This document shows, piece after piece, positions 12,596 through 25,302 of a stretch of DNA of 62,241 nucleotides. The DNA is from Carcharhinus longimanus (lineage: Eukaryota), in the NCBI GenBank assembly GCA_030264375.1, contig JASCQW010000072.1:79646223-79708463 (forward strand), given 5' to 3'. Both the position numbers and the translations under genes were made by a program. Each line of letters begins with the position of its first letter. The stretch's first letter is position 1. The notes under the pieces are model-generated. The model saw only the letters and a program-made list of their open reading frames with translations. It was not told the origin of the DNA and ran no database searches.

Positions 12596-13595
12596 CATCA
12601 ATTCCTTGCTCCCAAACCTGACCCGGGATAAAGTGCCCCAGATGTACTGATCTTTCAGTGAAATGTGGTATATGGGTGTAAGTAGAAGTTGTGGTTGGTG
12701 ACCCTCGAATAAGAGCAGAGGCTGCTGAAGTGAGCTGGCTGAAAGGCCTTTCTTGGTCTCCTGCCCTTTGATGATTTTAAACAAACTACAACAAGAACAG
12801 TCCTTACTCCTGCACAGTCCCCACGCTCGGTCCATGTTACCACAGGTCCCCACTCTCTCCCCAAGGCCCTTCAAATTCTCCCTGTCAATCCATGACCCCA
12901 TCCACCAATCTTTGCATTAAGCCGATCATGCCATTTCACCCAGTGTCCTTTATCGTCAGACCTTGGGACTCATGCTGAGATTTGAAATAATTCTCAAGTG
13001 CCTATTAAAGAATTCACTATTTAAAGAAAAAGCCCATTCATGTTTAACTTTCTTTTAATCTCTTATAAATCAAAAAACATTGAAATTCTTAGTCCCACTT
13101 CAAAGGGTTTATAACCATTTGGAACCGTCAATCAAACTGAACTAACAGGCACCCCACTGTGATAATAAAAGGTTGTGAAATCAGTCATGCTGCACTGTAG
13201 CAATGTCAACCAACATTGAAATAACAAGCACTGATTTTAATTTTAACATTGCAGACAGTTTTTCCCCAAAATCTTTAAAGGACAGGAATTTTAAATGCTT
13301 TGACATCTCCTTTGGATAGCTCCTTATGACAGTTCAAAGGAGCTTGACAATTCTATTGAGTTTAAACACTTTCTGCACATATTCATGTCTAATTTGAACA
13401 ATTCTAAAGTGCATGGTACTTTTTGAAAGGTGTCCAAGGGTTATATTCAGAAGGGTAATGTACCTTTCCAAAAGAGTACACCAACCTCTGCATATAACTG
13501 CAGCAGCTTTATACCTTTCACTACCAGGTCTAATGTGTCCAAGTCATGTTTTGATATCCCACTAGCAAATCAGATCAGCCTGAGGCAGCTGCAAA

Positions 13596-13900
13596 CATAG
13601 AAAATAGAAGCAGGAGGAGGCCATATGGCTCTTTGGGCCTGCCCCATCATTCATTATGATCATGACTGATCATATAACTCAGTAGCCTGATCCTGCCTTC
13701 CCTCCATATCCTTTGATCCCCTTCACCTCAGGTGCTTTATCTAACTTATTCTTGAAAGCATAGAATATTTGGCCTCAACTGCTTTCTGTGGTAGCAAATT
13801 CCACAAGCTGACTACTCTCTGGTTGAAGAAATTTCTCCTCATCTGTATACTAAATAGTCTACCTTGTATCCTCAGATTGTGACCCCTGGTTTTGGACAGC
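13596..13900 (-). mobile_element. CR1/HER1 LINE 3' fragment
   Basis: Minus translation TRGHNLRIQGRLFSIQMRRNFFNQRVVSLWNLLPQKAVEA. Confidence 0.85.
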
Positions 13901-13943
13901 CAATATGCTTTGATATGTGCAGCTGCCTCCATAACTTATGGAT

Positions 13944-14284
13944 GGGGAGGCAGTGGCATAGTGGTACTTTATTTGACTAGGAACCAAGAGACTCAGGATA
14001 ATGCTCTTGGGACCCAGGTTCGAATCCTACCATGGCAGATGGTGAAATTTGAATTCAATTAAAAATCTGGAATTAAAAGTCTAATGGTGGTGAGCATGAA
14101 ATGTCATAAAACCCATCAAGTTTGCTAATGTCCTTCAGGGAAGGAAATCTCTCATCCTTCCCTAGTCTGGCCTATATGTGACTCCAGATCCAGAACAATG
14201 TGGTTGACTCTTAAATGCCCTCAGGGATGGGCAATAAATGCTGGCCCTGCCAGTGACATCCACATCCCATGAACCATTAAAAAG
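13944..14284 (+). mobile_element. tRNA-derived SINE with a second CR1-type tail
   Basis: A box tggcatagtgg, B box ggttcgaatcc, core ctaatgtccttcagggaaggaaatct, tail gggatgggcaataaatgctggccc...cacatcccatgaa. Confidence 0.75.
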
Positions 14285-15365
14285 AACATTCCCCCTCTCC
14301 TCAAATAGTAGGGAATGTGTTCAAAGGCGGTGTTTCTGGATTCAGGTCTCTGCAACCATTCTCATAACAACAGAGACTCTCCCTGTCTTGTGAAAATTCA
14401 GATGTGCATGTGGGTAACAAATTGTGTCTTCCAATTTAGTGGGTCACAATAGGGGCTTAAATATAAAGACCATGTTGGAATGCTAAAACTTTCTTAGCGG
14501 TGGCCTTATTTAGTCCCTAAATTGAGTGAGTTTATACATAACAAAGCTTGCTGTAAAATATGCATTTGAAAGTTTATTGGAATATAAATATTCACACAGA
14601 AGATAAAAGCTGTTGTAATAGGAAGAGCATATAATGTTGAATAGGGATTCTAAGTACTGAGAATCACATAACAGTTTTATTTTAGGCAGCTTGTTACTAT
14701 AAAGTCTGGTGAAGATGTGGATTCTATGATCGTCGCATAGGTGCCATTCTCAAATTATACATGTGTGAAAATGACAGAATATTTAGTTTCCACATCTTAT
14801 TTCATTTCTCTAGTAATTGGGTGAACTAACTTTGGAACAGCTTAATCTGTATTTGTTTCAATCCAAAACCAGGATACAAGCCCCTCCCTACTAAATTCTA
14901 CTATATACATCTCCAACAAGAGGGCACTCTGTAAAGTCATGCTGTGTTAACTCAATGTTATTACAATTACATAGCTCTTTCTTGAGGATTTTCCTTGCTT
15001 GGTTGGTGCTTAGTAACTAAAATTGAGGAAAAGAATCTTGTTATTCAGAGCTTACATTTGACTGAGGAGGCTTCAAGTAAATTCACACCCAACAATCTAC
15101 TCTGAAAACTCTGCTTGCATTTTGACTAGCTGTGATAAATTCCACCGTGGCAGTGGTGACAATCACAACGTTCTGAAGCAATCAATAACATTTTAAATAT
15201 TCTCTAAACACTCTCTCCTTTCCTTCCCTATGTGCAGTATGCTTTGTCTATATAGCACACAAAAAGCAATATTTTTCACTGGATATTAATACATGTGACA
15301 AAAATAAATCAAATCAAACATCCTACAACATTTTGAAAGAAAAGTCAATTCGCCCCATCATGGTA

Positions 15366-15701
15366 GTGGCACGGTAGCACAGTGGTTAGCACTGCTGCTT
15401 CACAGCTCCAGGGACCTGAGTTCGATTACCGGCTTGGGTCACTGTCTCTGTGGAGTTTGCACATTTTCTTCTTGTCTGCATGGGTTTTCTCCGGGTGCTC
15501 CGGTTTCCTCCCACAGCCTGAAGATGTGTAGGTTAGGTTTTTTGGCCACGCTAAAATTGCCCCTAAGTATCCTGAGATGCGTAGGTTAGAGGGATTAGTG
15601 GGTAAAATATGTAGGGATTTGGGGATAGGGCCTGGGTGGGATTGTGGTCGGTGCAGACTCGATGGCCTCTTTCGCTACTGTTGGGTTTCTATGATTCTAT
15701 G
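15366..15701 (+). mobile_element. HE1 SINE, full length
   Basis: ggcacggtagcacagtggttagcactgctgcttcacagctccagggacc...ggtttctatgattctatg. Confidence 0.9.
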
Positions 15702-16239
15702 AAATGTTAACATGTTTGTTTAAAAACATGTTCAGGACTTGGATTCAGTTCCACATCGATTCAGTTCTTCCTTGGGCTGTTGCATCCTATCTGTGTACCA
15801 AGTTTTATTGAAATTTGTCTATTAGTTTTTGAGAGAGATCATTTACAATCAGACAGCCAAAAACAGGGCAAAATTAATACTTCCATCTGCAATGGCAAAG
15901 GTAATAAATTAAACTGCCCTTTATTGATTCCCATTCTGGGAAATTTCAATGGCCACAAATTCTTCCCATCCACTTTTCTTATTCAACATGTTAGTTCTAT
16001 TCCCACCAATGCCGTTCTACAGGGATGGCTTGTTTCACAGACTCTTGTTGGACTTCAATCCTGTTGTGTAGAATTTTTGATTTGAGGTTAAGATCATTAT
16101 AATCATTCTTCTGTTTTTAATGCTCAGCACTGGTATAATCAAGCCACAGTTTATGCTACAGGCAGCAGTTTTGTTAATAGCCTGATGAAATTGAGTGAGA
16201 TATCGAACTTTGTTTTCTGTTCATAATTCATCAAACAAT

Positions 16240-17302
16240 GGGCCTGATTCTACCATTCTAAGTGTTGAATCTGGACACAATTCAGATCCAACTTGGAAAA
16301 CTGTTCTCAGGTGCCCCCATACATACTTAGCCTGAAAAAAATGAGTCTCTGACTTGTGCTGTGAGCAGGAGGGGCTTTTTGTGCCTGAAATGCTGCTGCT
16401 CTGATTGGAGCCTTGAACTGTGCATGTGCAGTGAAACAAAAAAATTTGAGAAAACTCGCTCCTGTCACATCGCTCCCGGGCTGCAAAACACGGATAGAGC
16501 AGCAAAAAATGAGAGCAATGGTCCCCATAGACATCGCCTCACCGCCCCCCCCACCCCCCACAACATAACTCTCCCTTATCCATCCACCTCCCCCACTACC
16601 CAGACTGACAAAGACCCCTCCCCCCCCACCAGTCTCCCACAGAGTGTCAATGAACCCCCCCCGCCTCTGTCCCCCACAGGAGAGAATGATCTCTCCCTCC
16701 CCCATCCCAACNNNNNNNNNNNNNNNNNNNNNNNNNNNNNNNNNNNNNNNNNNNNNNNNNCCTCCCCGCCTCCCCCCAACCAGAGAATGATCTGGCCTCT
16801 CTCCCTCCCTCCGTCTGCCTTTCCCTGCCCCACAACCAGAGAGTAATCTGGCCTCCCTCCTTCTACTCCATCACCAGATAAACATCTGACCCACCTCTTC
16901 CCTCCCCCCAACACAGAATGATCTTGCCTTCCTCCCCCAACCCCCCATCACCGATCTGAGTTAGAGAGTTGTTGGAATCTCTGAATGTACTCCTTCAGGA
17001 GCTGGAGCGCTCGAAAAAGACCTTTGCCGAGCATGTCTGCTTTGCGCTGAATCTAGATGGGTGAATGTGACGGTAAAGAGGAAATGCAAGTAAGATTGGG
17101 CGTCCAGCTTATTAATTTAATTTAAATGCATGCAAATGCTTTTAAATCGCCTTTGCGTCTGTTTCGGTGTGGTTTGGATCGTGCCCATTTTCGGGCCTTG
17201 GTAAAATGAGCATCTGCGCAGATCGCGTTAATTGCCTCACGCCCAACTTTACCAAGTTTTTGCTCCCAAAAACGGGTGCAATGCAATGGTAAAATTGGGC
17301 CC
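16240..17302. mobile_element. Non-autonomous PIF/Harbinger-like DNA transposon with internal C-rich minisatellite
   Basis: TIRs gggcctgattctaccatt / aatggtaaaattgggccc; internal repeats of (c)cagagaatgatct at about 16670-16930. Confidence 0.7.
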
Positions 17303-17847
17303 AGTGTATGAATCATCAGACTGGAAGTAGTCACAAACAATCTACCCAAGACTTTTGAATAATTGTATGTTAAGCTGTTCTAGAACGATTAGGTTGTTGA
17401 GGTGATATTGTTGTCCCTTCTCATCTGAGGCTACTCTGATATTCCTGTTTGTAACTATTTATTGCCTTCATGTTGGACTGCAGGATGTTAAAGCTACCAA
17501 TCCGGAGTGGTTCTCATTGCTCTTTGACATATGGTGACTACAAAGCAGTGCAAGAGGTGTAGGTATCCAAGCTCCTGATTGTTTAGTGAAAGGGGACTGT
17601 TACAATGTAAGGATTTGGCAAAAGTATTGACCCCATTAGTTCTTTATCCCTTTTCTGATGGGGAATGTGCCTGAACCCCACTATGAAATTGCCCATAGTG
17701 GCGTGAAGGGAATTGCAGACATATAAGAACACTTTAGCTGACAGTGAATGTCTGATCAAGACTATTCTCATATGGAGTTAACTATTAACATTGGTACAAA
17801 GCTAAAGACGATGGAATTTTTTGGGTGAGATCACTCTCAAAATCTGT

Positions 17848-18712
17848 GGGCTGGAGTATTCCTGCTGGAGGGGTTGGCATCATACTGCTGAATGGCACAT
17901 GTCTAGTGGCCCAATCTGTCAGCGCAAAGATCGGTGCATGCGCAGTGGCCCCTGTCTGCCAGCCTCCCAATCTCTGGCTAACTCAATCGCTGACCAGCCC
18001 CCCCGATTCCTGCATCATTGGCTGTGCCCCCCTGCCCCCAGCCCGGCCACCCCCTACTGGGCAGCCCAATTAATGGCCTTCCTCCCTCCCCCACTGATCC
18101 CGACTGCANNNNNNNNNNNNNNNNNNNNNNNNNNNNNNNNNNNNNNNNNNNNNNNNNNNNNNNNNNNNNNNNNNNNNNNNNNNNNNNNNNNNNNNNNNNN
18201 NNNNNNNNCTCCCCCACTGATCCCGACTGCAGAGTGGCAGTGGGACTGCCCCCTGCCCCTTTGGCACTGCCCTGAGGCAATGCCGAGGTGCCCCCTGAAC
18301 ATTGGCATTTTGTCCCTTGGGCACTGTCAGGTGCCCCAGCCAGGCTGGCACTGCTTTGGTGGTAATGCCCAGGGGGCACCTGACCCTCTGGGGGGCTTGG
18401 TTTCCACCACCCCCCCCCACTTCACTTCAGCAGAGTCAGACCACCAGCTCTCTGCCTGTGGGAAGCTACTGTAAACTCCACTGGAGTGAACAACTCCTAT
18501 CAGAGAGGAGGTGCTAGCAGGCCTGGAAATTTCAGTCCCGGGCCCGGTAATTAGGCCCTGCGCACATCATGCAGTTCTGCGTCAATTTCTGTTGCGGAGC
18601 TGATAACGCCAGAACTGGGTGATCTGCTCAGGTCTGGAGGCCCAGCACGAATTGAGCACTGCTAGAGTGTCCTGGTCTGCTGCGCTACTAAAGCAGTGGA
18701 AGAATCGCCCCC
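17848..18712. mobile_element. Non-autonomous Harbinger-like DNA element
   Basis: Ends gggctggagtattcc / ggaagaatcgccccc; GC-rich interior (ccgactgcagagtggcag, ggcattttgtcccttgggc) related to 45390-46125. Confidence 0.55.
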
Positions 18713-19090
18713 AGTGAGACCACACAAGGGAATGAGTTGTGGTGAAGAGGATGATGCACACTGTGGGGAGTTTGTGCAGAAATAATCTGATTAGCATTTG
18801 TGAATTACAACAACTAGTACTTGTTTATTTCACTAATTACTAGATTATGTGTGCTCCTTTTTAATACTATTTAAAAAGTTTGAAATGCATTTGTTTTCCT
18901 GCGTTCTGGCAAAGTTGGAAAGTGGCTGGTGCAATTTGAATATTAAATGATAGTTAAGCACTTGCACTGGATAACTGAGATCTATCCTGCCCAACTGTAA
19001 TTACATAATTATTGTAGTATAAGTATGACTGGCTACGTATCTGAATCTGCTGGTGGCCTTGGAGTAACATGTCAGATCTGGTTCAATAAG

Positions 19091-20472
19091 AGAATCATAG
19101 AATCTCTATGGTGCAGAAGGAGGCCACTCGGCCCATCGAGCCTACACTGGCAACAGTCCCATCCAGGCCCTAACCCATGTATTTAGTATGCTGTTGGCAG
19201 GGTTTTTAAAAAGGTGGTAATTAGACTCAGGAAACCAATGTCTCAGTGCAAAAGGGTAAAAATTTATTGAAGACCAGTGATCAATGGGAGAAATTATCTT
19301 GATGGTTACAGATACAGAATACCTGGACCTCTCAAACAAATTCAATAAAAAAAACAATTATACATTTTCTTTATTAGACTCCAAGCTCTTCATTAGTTTA
19401 AAATTAATTTCATTTCGTATGCAAACACCAATACAAATCTCTGTCAGTACCTCAGCTAGCTGCATTGTACCTTTGAGCATAATGTTATCTCATTCATCCA
19501 TCGCTCAGAAAGGACAGTAAGACTAGGGGGCACAGCCTCAAGATAAAGGGGGGGCGGTTTAGAACGGAGTTGAGGAGGNNNNNNNNNNNNNNNNNNNNNN
19601 NNNNNNNNNNNNNNNNNNNNNNNNNNNNNNNNNNNNNNNNNNNNNNNNNNNNNNNNNNNNNNNNNNNNNNNNNNNNNNCGGGGCAGGCTCGAAGGGCTAG
19701 ATGGCCTACTCCTGCTCCTATTTCTTATGTTCTTATGTTCTTATTAAATCTGGACGCTAACTCCCTTGGCTAAAGCTACTTTCCTGTTGCTATGTTACAC
19801 TAGACTCTACCGTAAAGGTCAAAGTGGATGGTTCCATCGGCTCTTTGCCAAGCTGAATAGACGTGTTCCCATGTCCAGGGGCATATCTATTCTGTGTCTG
19901 GGCAGTGACTGAACCGATTCATTATGTTGCAAAATATATTCCCTCAGAAGAAACTTCCTAGTACAAATTCTGCTAATTAAAGTGACCCCAGACCTTTGGC
20001 TCTTAACAATTCATCTTTACCATCATCCCTTTCAGTAAGTTGCTTGGCTAAAGTGAACAATGATTCATATTATACTTAAAATACATTTAAAATTATCCAT
20101 CTTTATGTTTTAAAATCACAGTTACTTGTTTAATTCTCTTACTGCATTCACATACATTTAAGCTTTTCTCTTGTTTTAAGAATTATTCTTATATCATCAA
20201 CTCTTTATTGTTAGCTCTGTCAGTGCCTTATGCGTACTGTCTAAAAACTAAGAATAATGTAAAATAATTGCTTTCATATATAAATCACCCGACACTAAGG
20301 GGCAATTTAACATGGCCAATCCACCTAAACCGCACACCTTTGGAGTGTGGAAAGAAACCAAAGCACCCAGAGGAAACCCAAGCAGACACTGTGAGAATGT
20401 GCAAACTCCAAACTGTCGCTCAAGGCCGGAATTGAACCCGGGCCCTGGTGATGTGGGGTAGCAGTGCTAACA
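19091..20472 (-). mobile_element. HE1 SINE split by an LTR-like insertion (~19192-20277) that contains a CR1 3' end (~19520-19742, +)
   Basis: HE1 3' part at 19091-19191 and the remainder at 20283-20472; the insert starts tgttgg and has a minus-strand AATAAA; CR1 tail (ttcttatg)n. Confidence 0.6.
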
Positions 20473-21439
20473 AGAGAATACCCAAAATTCACTGCAAGTC
20501 AAGACACAATGATACACATTAAACTGTCATTCGTAGCTGGCTGTTGTGTGAATCCAGCTGCTCTGGTTGGTTGGTGATATTCTAGTACATAAAAGTAATG
20601 TACGATTTATATTACTGGTCAATAAACAGTGGACCCTGATTCTTGTGAAACTCTGCTGTATGTAAGAGTGTCACGGCATATATGTAGCTTTGTGCAAATT
20701 TCAGAAGGAGTCAAGATGACTAATTATGTAAAGCAAGATTTTTCTTCCCAGTCCCAGTGTACATCTTTTCTTTCTAACAGCACTGTGGGGTTACCTACAT
20801 TGCATAGACTGCAGCTTTTCAAGAATGGGGCACCTTAGAGATGGGTAATAAATGCTGGCATAGCAAGCAAAGCCCAAATCCCACAAATTAATTTTGAAAA
20901 ATAGAATGTTGGAGCGAGAAATTCCAACAGTGCTTGCAAAAAGAGAAAGGGGGACTTCTGACAGATTCAGCACACTTGCCTTTCCTTGTTGTTAATCAGC
21001 AGCTGTGCAAACACATCTGGTTTCAGCTTCAAGAGATATCACATCCAAGCAAAGAAGTGGGAAGAGGTGACAGTAAAAGGTGAGGATGAAATTGATCCAC
21101 AGAATATAGGCCTCCAGAGTTGACCGACTTCAGAATGGGGGAATAACATGGAGGTGAAGATGAAGATTGTACACTTTGAATGAACAGATACCTTGTGCAG
21201 GAAAGGAAGTCTGAGGCTTTTTATGAACTAGAAAATGGAGCTGTTGAATCATGTGGATGGTGAAGTAACATATGTGTTGTGTACTGTGCTGTCACCTTGC
21301 TGGGTATCATTTTTAGATGGGAAGTATTTGATACACAGTTCACATTTGATCTGATGGCTCTTCCAATACCTGGGTTAGGACAAAAAAAAAGGTTATTTTA
21401 TAACGAAAGCATACTACTGTGCATACTGAAAATCCAAAC

Positions 21440-21650
21440 TAAAACAGACAATGCTAGAAATGCTCAGCAGCATCAGTGGAGAGAGAAACAGAGTAATCAT
21501 TTCTGGTGATCTTTCACCAGAACTGGAAAAAATTAGCGATTTAATGGGTTTTAAGATTGTACAGAAGCAGTGAAGGAGGGGAGGAAATGTCTGTGACAGG
21601 TTGAAGGCAGGAGGGATTAAATAACGTGAGGGATGACACTGCAAGGCAAA
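21440..21650 (-). mobile_element. Penelope-like 3' fragment
   Basis: atgctagaaatgctcagcagcatcagtggagagagaaacagag, typical of shark PLE termini in antisense. Confidence 0.5.
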
Positions 21651-21739
21651 CAAGAAAATGAATAGATAATTTTTCTGCTTTTTCCATTTACATTTATCTA
21701 GACTATTTTTTTCTTAAAGCCATTACCATCTCCATGCTG

Positions 21740-22205
21740 CAGCCACTGAGAGGGCAGCACTGTGTAGCAGCACCAGGCACATGCAAGACAGGTACAAAGG
21801 GAATTAATGTACTAGATTGATTAGTTGATGTCTGCATGCAATGTGGCAATGCTTAATGTATAAATTTAGTTTGGAATGTTTTCTTAATTTTTATTTTAGC
21901 ATTGTGGGCAACTGGACACAGATGACCAATGATAGAGGGATGGTAGGATGTGAGACTGTTGGTGAATGGGGATCGAATTGGGATTGCATTTCCTGGTATT
22001 GCAGTCAGAGAAACCATCCATCGACAGCCCAGCCAGAAAGGGGGCTGAGTTAGGGACCTCCTCACTTCCTCTTCTTCCTGCTCTTCATATTTGGTGGGAA
22101 AGGCAGTGCCCTCATCATGGCTCTGTGGAAGGAAACCTGAGTTCTTCTGACACAGTGGAAGCGTTGTTTCAGTGATATGCCTCATCATGTCTGTGTGGCG
22201 GTATT
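21740..22205 (-). mobile_element. Degraded Harbinger transposase C-terminal remnant
   Basis: Minus translation RHTDMMRHITET...EEQEEEEVRR resembles the acidic C-terminus of vertebrate Harbinger transposases. Confidence 0.4.
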
Positions 22206-22209
22206 TTAT

Positions 22210-22625
22210 AGAAACTTTGAAAATGGGAGCAGGAGTAGACCATTCGCCCCTTCGAGCCTGCTCTGCCAATAATTATGATCATGGCNNNNNNNNNNNNNNN
22301 NNNNNNNNNNNNNNNNNNNNNNNNNNNNNNNNNNNNNNNNNNNNNNNNNNNNNNNNNNNNNNNNNNNNNNNNNNNNNNNNNNNNNTTCCAAAGTGGTACA
22401 ACACTCAGAGAAAAGCACTCTCCTCATCTCTGTCCTAAAATGGTGATCCTTAATTTTACAACAGTACACACTAGTTCTGGACTCACCCACAAGCAGAAAC
22501 ATCCTTTCTGCATCCACCTTGTCAACACCATTTTGAATCTTATATCAAGCTCTTCTAAACTCCAGTGGAAACAAGCCCAGCTTGACCAACCTATCCCCAT
22601 CATACAAGCTGCTCATTCGAGATAG
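22210..22625 (-). mobile_element. CR1/HER1 fragments flanking an N gap
   Basis: Well-preserved tail ggagcaggagtagaccattcgcccc left of the gap; degraded ERMFLLVGESRT...FRTEMRR right of it. Confidence 0.7.
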
Positions 22626-22629
22626 CAAT

Positions 22630-22980
22630 CTAATAAACTTCCTTGGGGGGGAATTTGGAGTTGGTGGTGTTCCCATGTAGCTGCTGCCCTTGACCATCTA
22701 GCTGATAAAGGTTGTGCATTTGGAAGGTGTTGTTGAAGGAGTCTTGGTGAATTGCTGCAGTGCACCTTGTAGATGGTACACACTGCTGTCGATGGTAGAG
22801 GAAGTAAATGTTTAAGGTGGTAGGTTGGGTGCCAATCAAGCGGGCTGCTTTGTCCTGTACGGTGTCAAGCTTCTTGAGTGTTTTTGGGGCTGCACCCATC
22901 TATACAAGTGGAGAGTATTTCATCACACTCATGACTTGTGCTTTGTGGATGGTGGACAGGTTTTGGGGAGTGATGTTTGT
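22630..22980 (-). mobile_element. Second CR1-clade LINE fragment
   Basis: MGAAPKTLKKLDTVQDKAARLIGTQPTTLNI, a CR1 ORF2 C-terminal motif. Confidence 0.8.
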
Positions 22981-22996
22981 GTGCATCAATACTCAC

Positions 22997-23167
22997 TCGG
23001 TAGCCCATGATCCCTCCCTCGCTGGAGGTTTAGTGCTGCCAGGTCCAATGCTAAAGATTTGTTAGGCTGAAACAACTTTTCCGTTAGCTCTTCTGGCATC
23101 ATCTGTGTTTGTGTTTGCAGCTTGGCAGGGTTCAGTATAATTCCTCGGACAAGAGGGTCAATTCCTC
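22997..23167 (-). CDS. Heme peroxidase exon 11 (last visible exon; gene 3'-incomplete in this window)
   Basis: 171 nt; [57 protein letters not shown]; gtgagt donor. Confidence 0.96.
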
Positions 23168-23791
23168 CTGCAATACAACACAATGCTATGGGTTAGAGTG
23201 TGGAATAACATGCCTGATACTGAAAGAGAGTCTTTTTCGCTTTATAAATGGGCAGAAATCAGGCAGTAACAGGTAGGTCCCCATTTTAAACAATACCAGA
23301 TCCAGACAAGGTTCTATTTTGATCAGGCAGATCTTAGCTGTATTCAGTGTTATAATAGGTTTCAGTACCTTGGGGGTCACCAAAGAAAGGTCCAAAATTT
23401 GAATTGGAAAATGCCAAGCCTGACTGTTGGCATGTTTTCACCTGTGGGCCATCTTTTTTCCAGGCAGAGTGAGGGGTTGATGGCTACCCACCCAGAAGCA
23501 GCATGTAATCAGTTAGGTCAATTAAAAGGTCAATTAAAATCACTCAGCAGAAACTGACATGAATCCTCTTCCTCAGAGACTGAAATAGGGCCATGGGTTG
23601 GCGACCATACTTCAGCGACAGACTTGTGGAGAGGGGTTCAGTGCTCTATTCTGTACAACTCTGGCCATTTTTAATTTAAGATTTTTTTTACCTTCTCTTG
23701 AGAAGGTGTCTCCATCGTGAGGTGTCCTCCCTTCTTCTTACATGCATGGGGATTACCCAACTTGGCCTTAATCAGGAAGCAGAGTTATGGG

Positions 23792-24092
23792 TAACATGTT
23801 GGCACAATGGTTAGCACTGCTGCCTCACAGAGCCAGGGACCCAGGTTCAATTCTAGCTTCGGGTGACTGCCTTTATGGAGTATGCATGTTCTCCCCATGT
23901 CTGCATGGGTTTCCTCTGGTTGCTTTGGTTTCCTCCAAAGATGTGTGGGTTAGGTGAGTTGGCCATGCTGAAATACCTTTTAGTGTCAGGGGAGCAAGCA
24001 GGGCAAATATGAGAGGATAGGGCCTTGGTGGGATTGTTATTGGTGCAGGCTCAATGGGCCAAATGGCCTCTTTTTATATTGTAGTGATTCTG
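23792..24092 (+). mobile_element. HE1 SINE
   Basis: ggcacaatggttagcactgctgcctcacagagccagggacc...aatgggccaaatggcctc. Confidence 0.85.
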
Positions 24093-24784
24093 TGACTGGT
24101 GCTGTTATTTTAAGTGTCGATGTGTGCACCATACTGGCTTTGGCTTGTGTGTGTGCAGCAGCACAGTGCACACATGCAATCACCAAAGATGCTCAAGCAG
24201 TGGCAAGAGGAGTGCTTGACCCTGTCTCTCCGGCCATTGTCCTAAGGTTTCCGGGACAAACAGTGTCCCAGGAAGCTGATGCCTGGGACAGGGGATGGGA
24301 AATGAAATTCCTGGACAATCCTGGGAAGTCTGAGATGGTTGGCTACCCTGGGCTGCTGGAGTGTCATCATTGATGGAGCTACAGCCTCCCATCTACCCTT
24401 AGTTCTTAATCAAACAGCAAGTACGCTTCCTGCGAGTCCACTCGGTGGTCATTCCAACAGACATCACGTTAGGCCACTGAGGTTGGTGAGACATGAGGTC
24501 AGGATATGGAATATCACCTGATGCCAGGGTCTCAATCCCCAAGTTAAACTCCAGCCCCTCCGGATGAGAAGATATTGCTGCTGGCCAGCTGACACTCGCT
24601 GCTCAGAAATATAGATAAAGGTTGATAGTTTGAATAAAGAGTTATAAAGTTGGCAGCGCTGATGGAGGCAAATAAGAAGAGTTGGGTATAATAAAAGCTA
24701 ACATTAATGAATTTTGCTTTGTGTATTGGCTCAGTGCTGGATGAACTTGTAATGTTGCATGTGATGAAATAGTGAACTTCTTAC

Positions 24785-25043
24785 CTTCTTCCAAAATTCT
24801 CCAGGAAGAGAAGAATGACTTATGCAGAGGGATGCTTGGGTAGGCAGGGTTCTCACTGTAATTTTCATCTAGTCGGAACACTGTTGGATGAATGGTCACG
24901 TGACCAAAACGGAATGCAGCAGTGGCAAATACGTTAGAAACCCGAGGGTCAACTGTTTCATTATAGCCCCTGTAGGGAGGCAGGTACTGCTTTGTTGCAT
25001 CTGGCCCAAGGATTTTAGGTACATAATCCTTCCAGTTTATAAT
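24785..25043 (-). CDS. Heme peroxidase exon 10 (proximal His)
   Basis: 259 nt; IINWKDYVPKILG...SNVFATAAFRFGHVTIHP...SWRILEEG; gtaag donor. Confidence 0.96.
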
Positions 25044-25302
25044 CTGTATGGAGAGGAAGGAAAGCTTAGTCACATTGCCTTTTCCTTAGGCCATTTACTG
25101 GCACTAAACTTAAAAGCTTAATACAAAATGGCTTCTCGACAACTTTAATCTAGGCCTGAATTTTAGTTGCTATCGCTCTTGCTCTGCACGAATCCATACC
25201 CTCTTTAATAATCACCTGGGTCTTTACTTTGCGATCTTAACTTGCACTGTCCTAGATCTCTGTCTTGCGATGTCTTGCTGTCTTGACCGTGCTATGTTCG
25301 CA

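Noticed and set aside
15366-15440. tRNA-like A and B boxes
   Set aside because: SINE heads; they run straight into the SINE core rather than forming a stand-alone tRNA gene.
16650-16960. Spaced repeats resembling a CRISPR-like array
   Set aside because: Degenerate C-rich minisatellite inside a DNA transposon in a vertebrate genome; no unique spacers and no cas genes.
21096-21116. Minus-strand WRPIFCG resembling the missing YNxWRxFCG exon
   Set aside because: Wrong spacing, no preceding YN, no acceptor and no downstream similarity.
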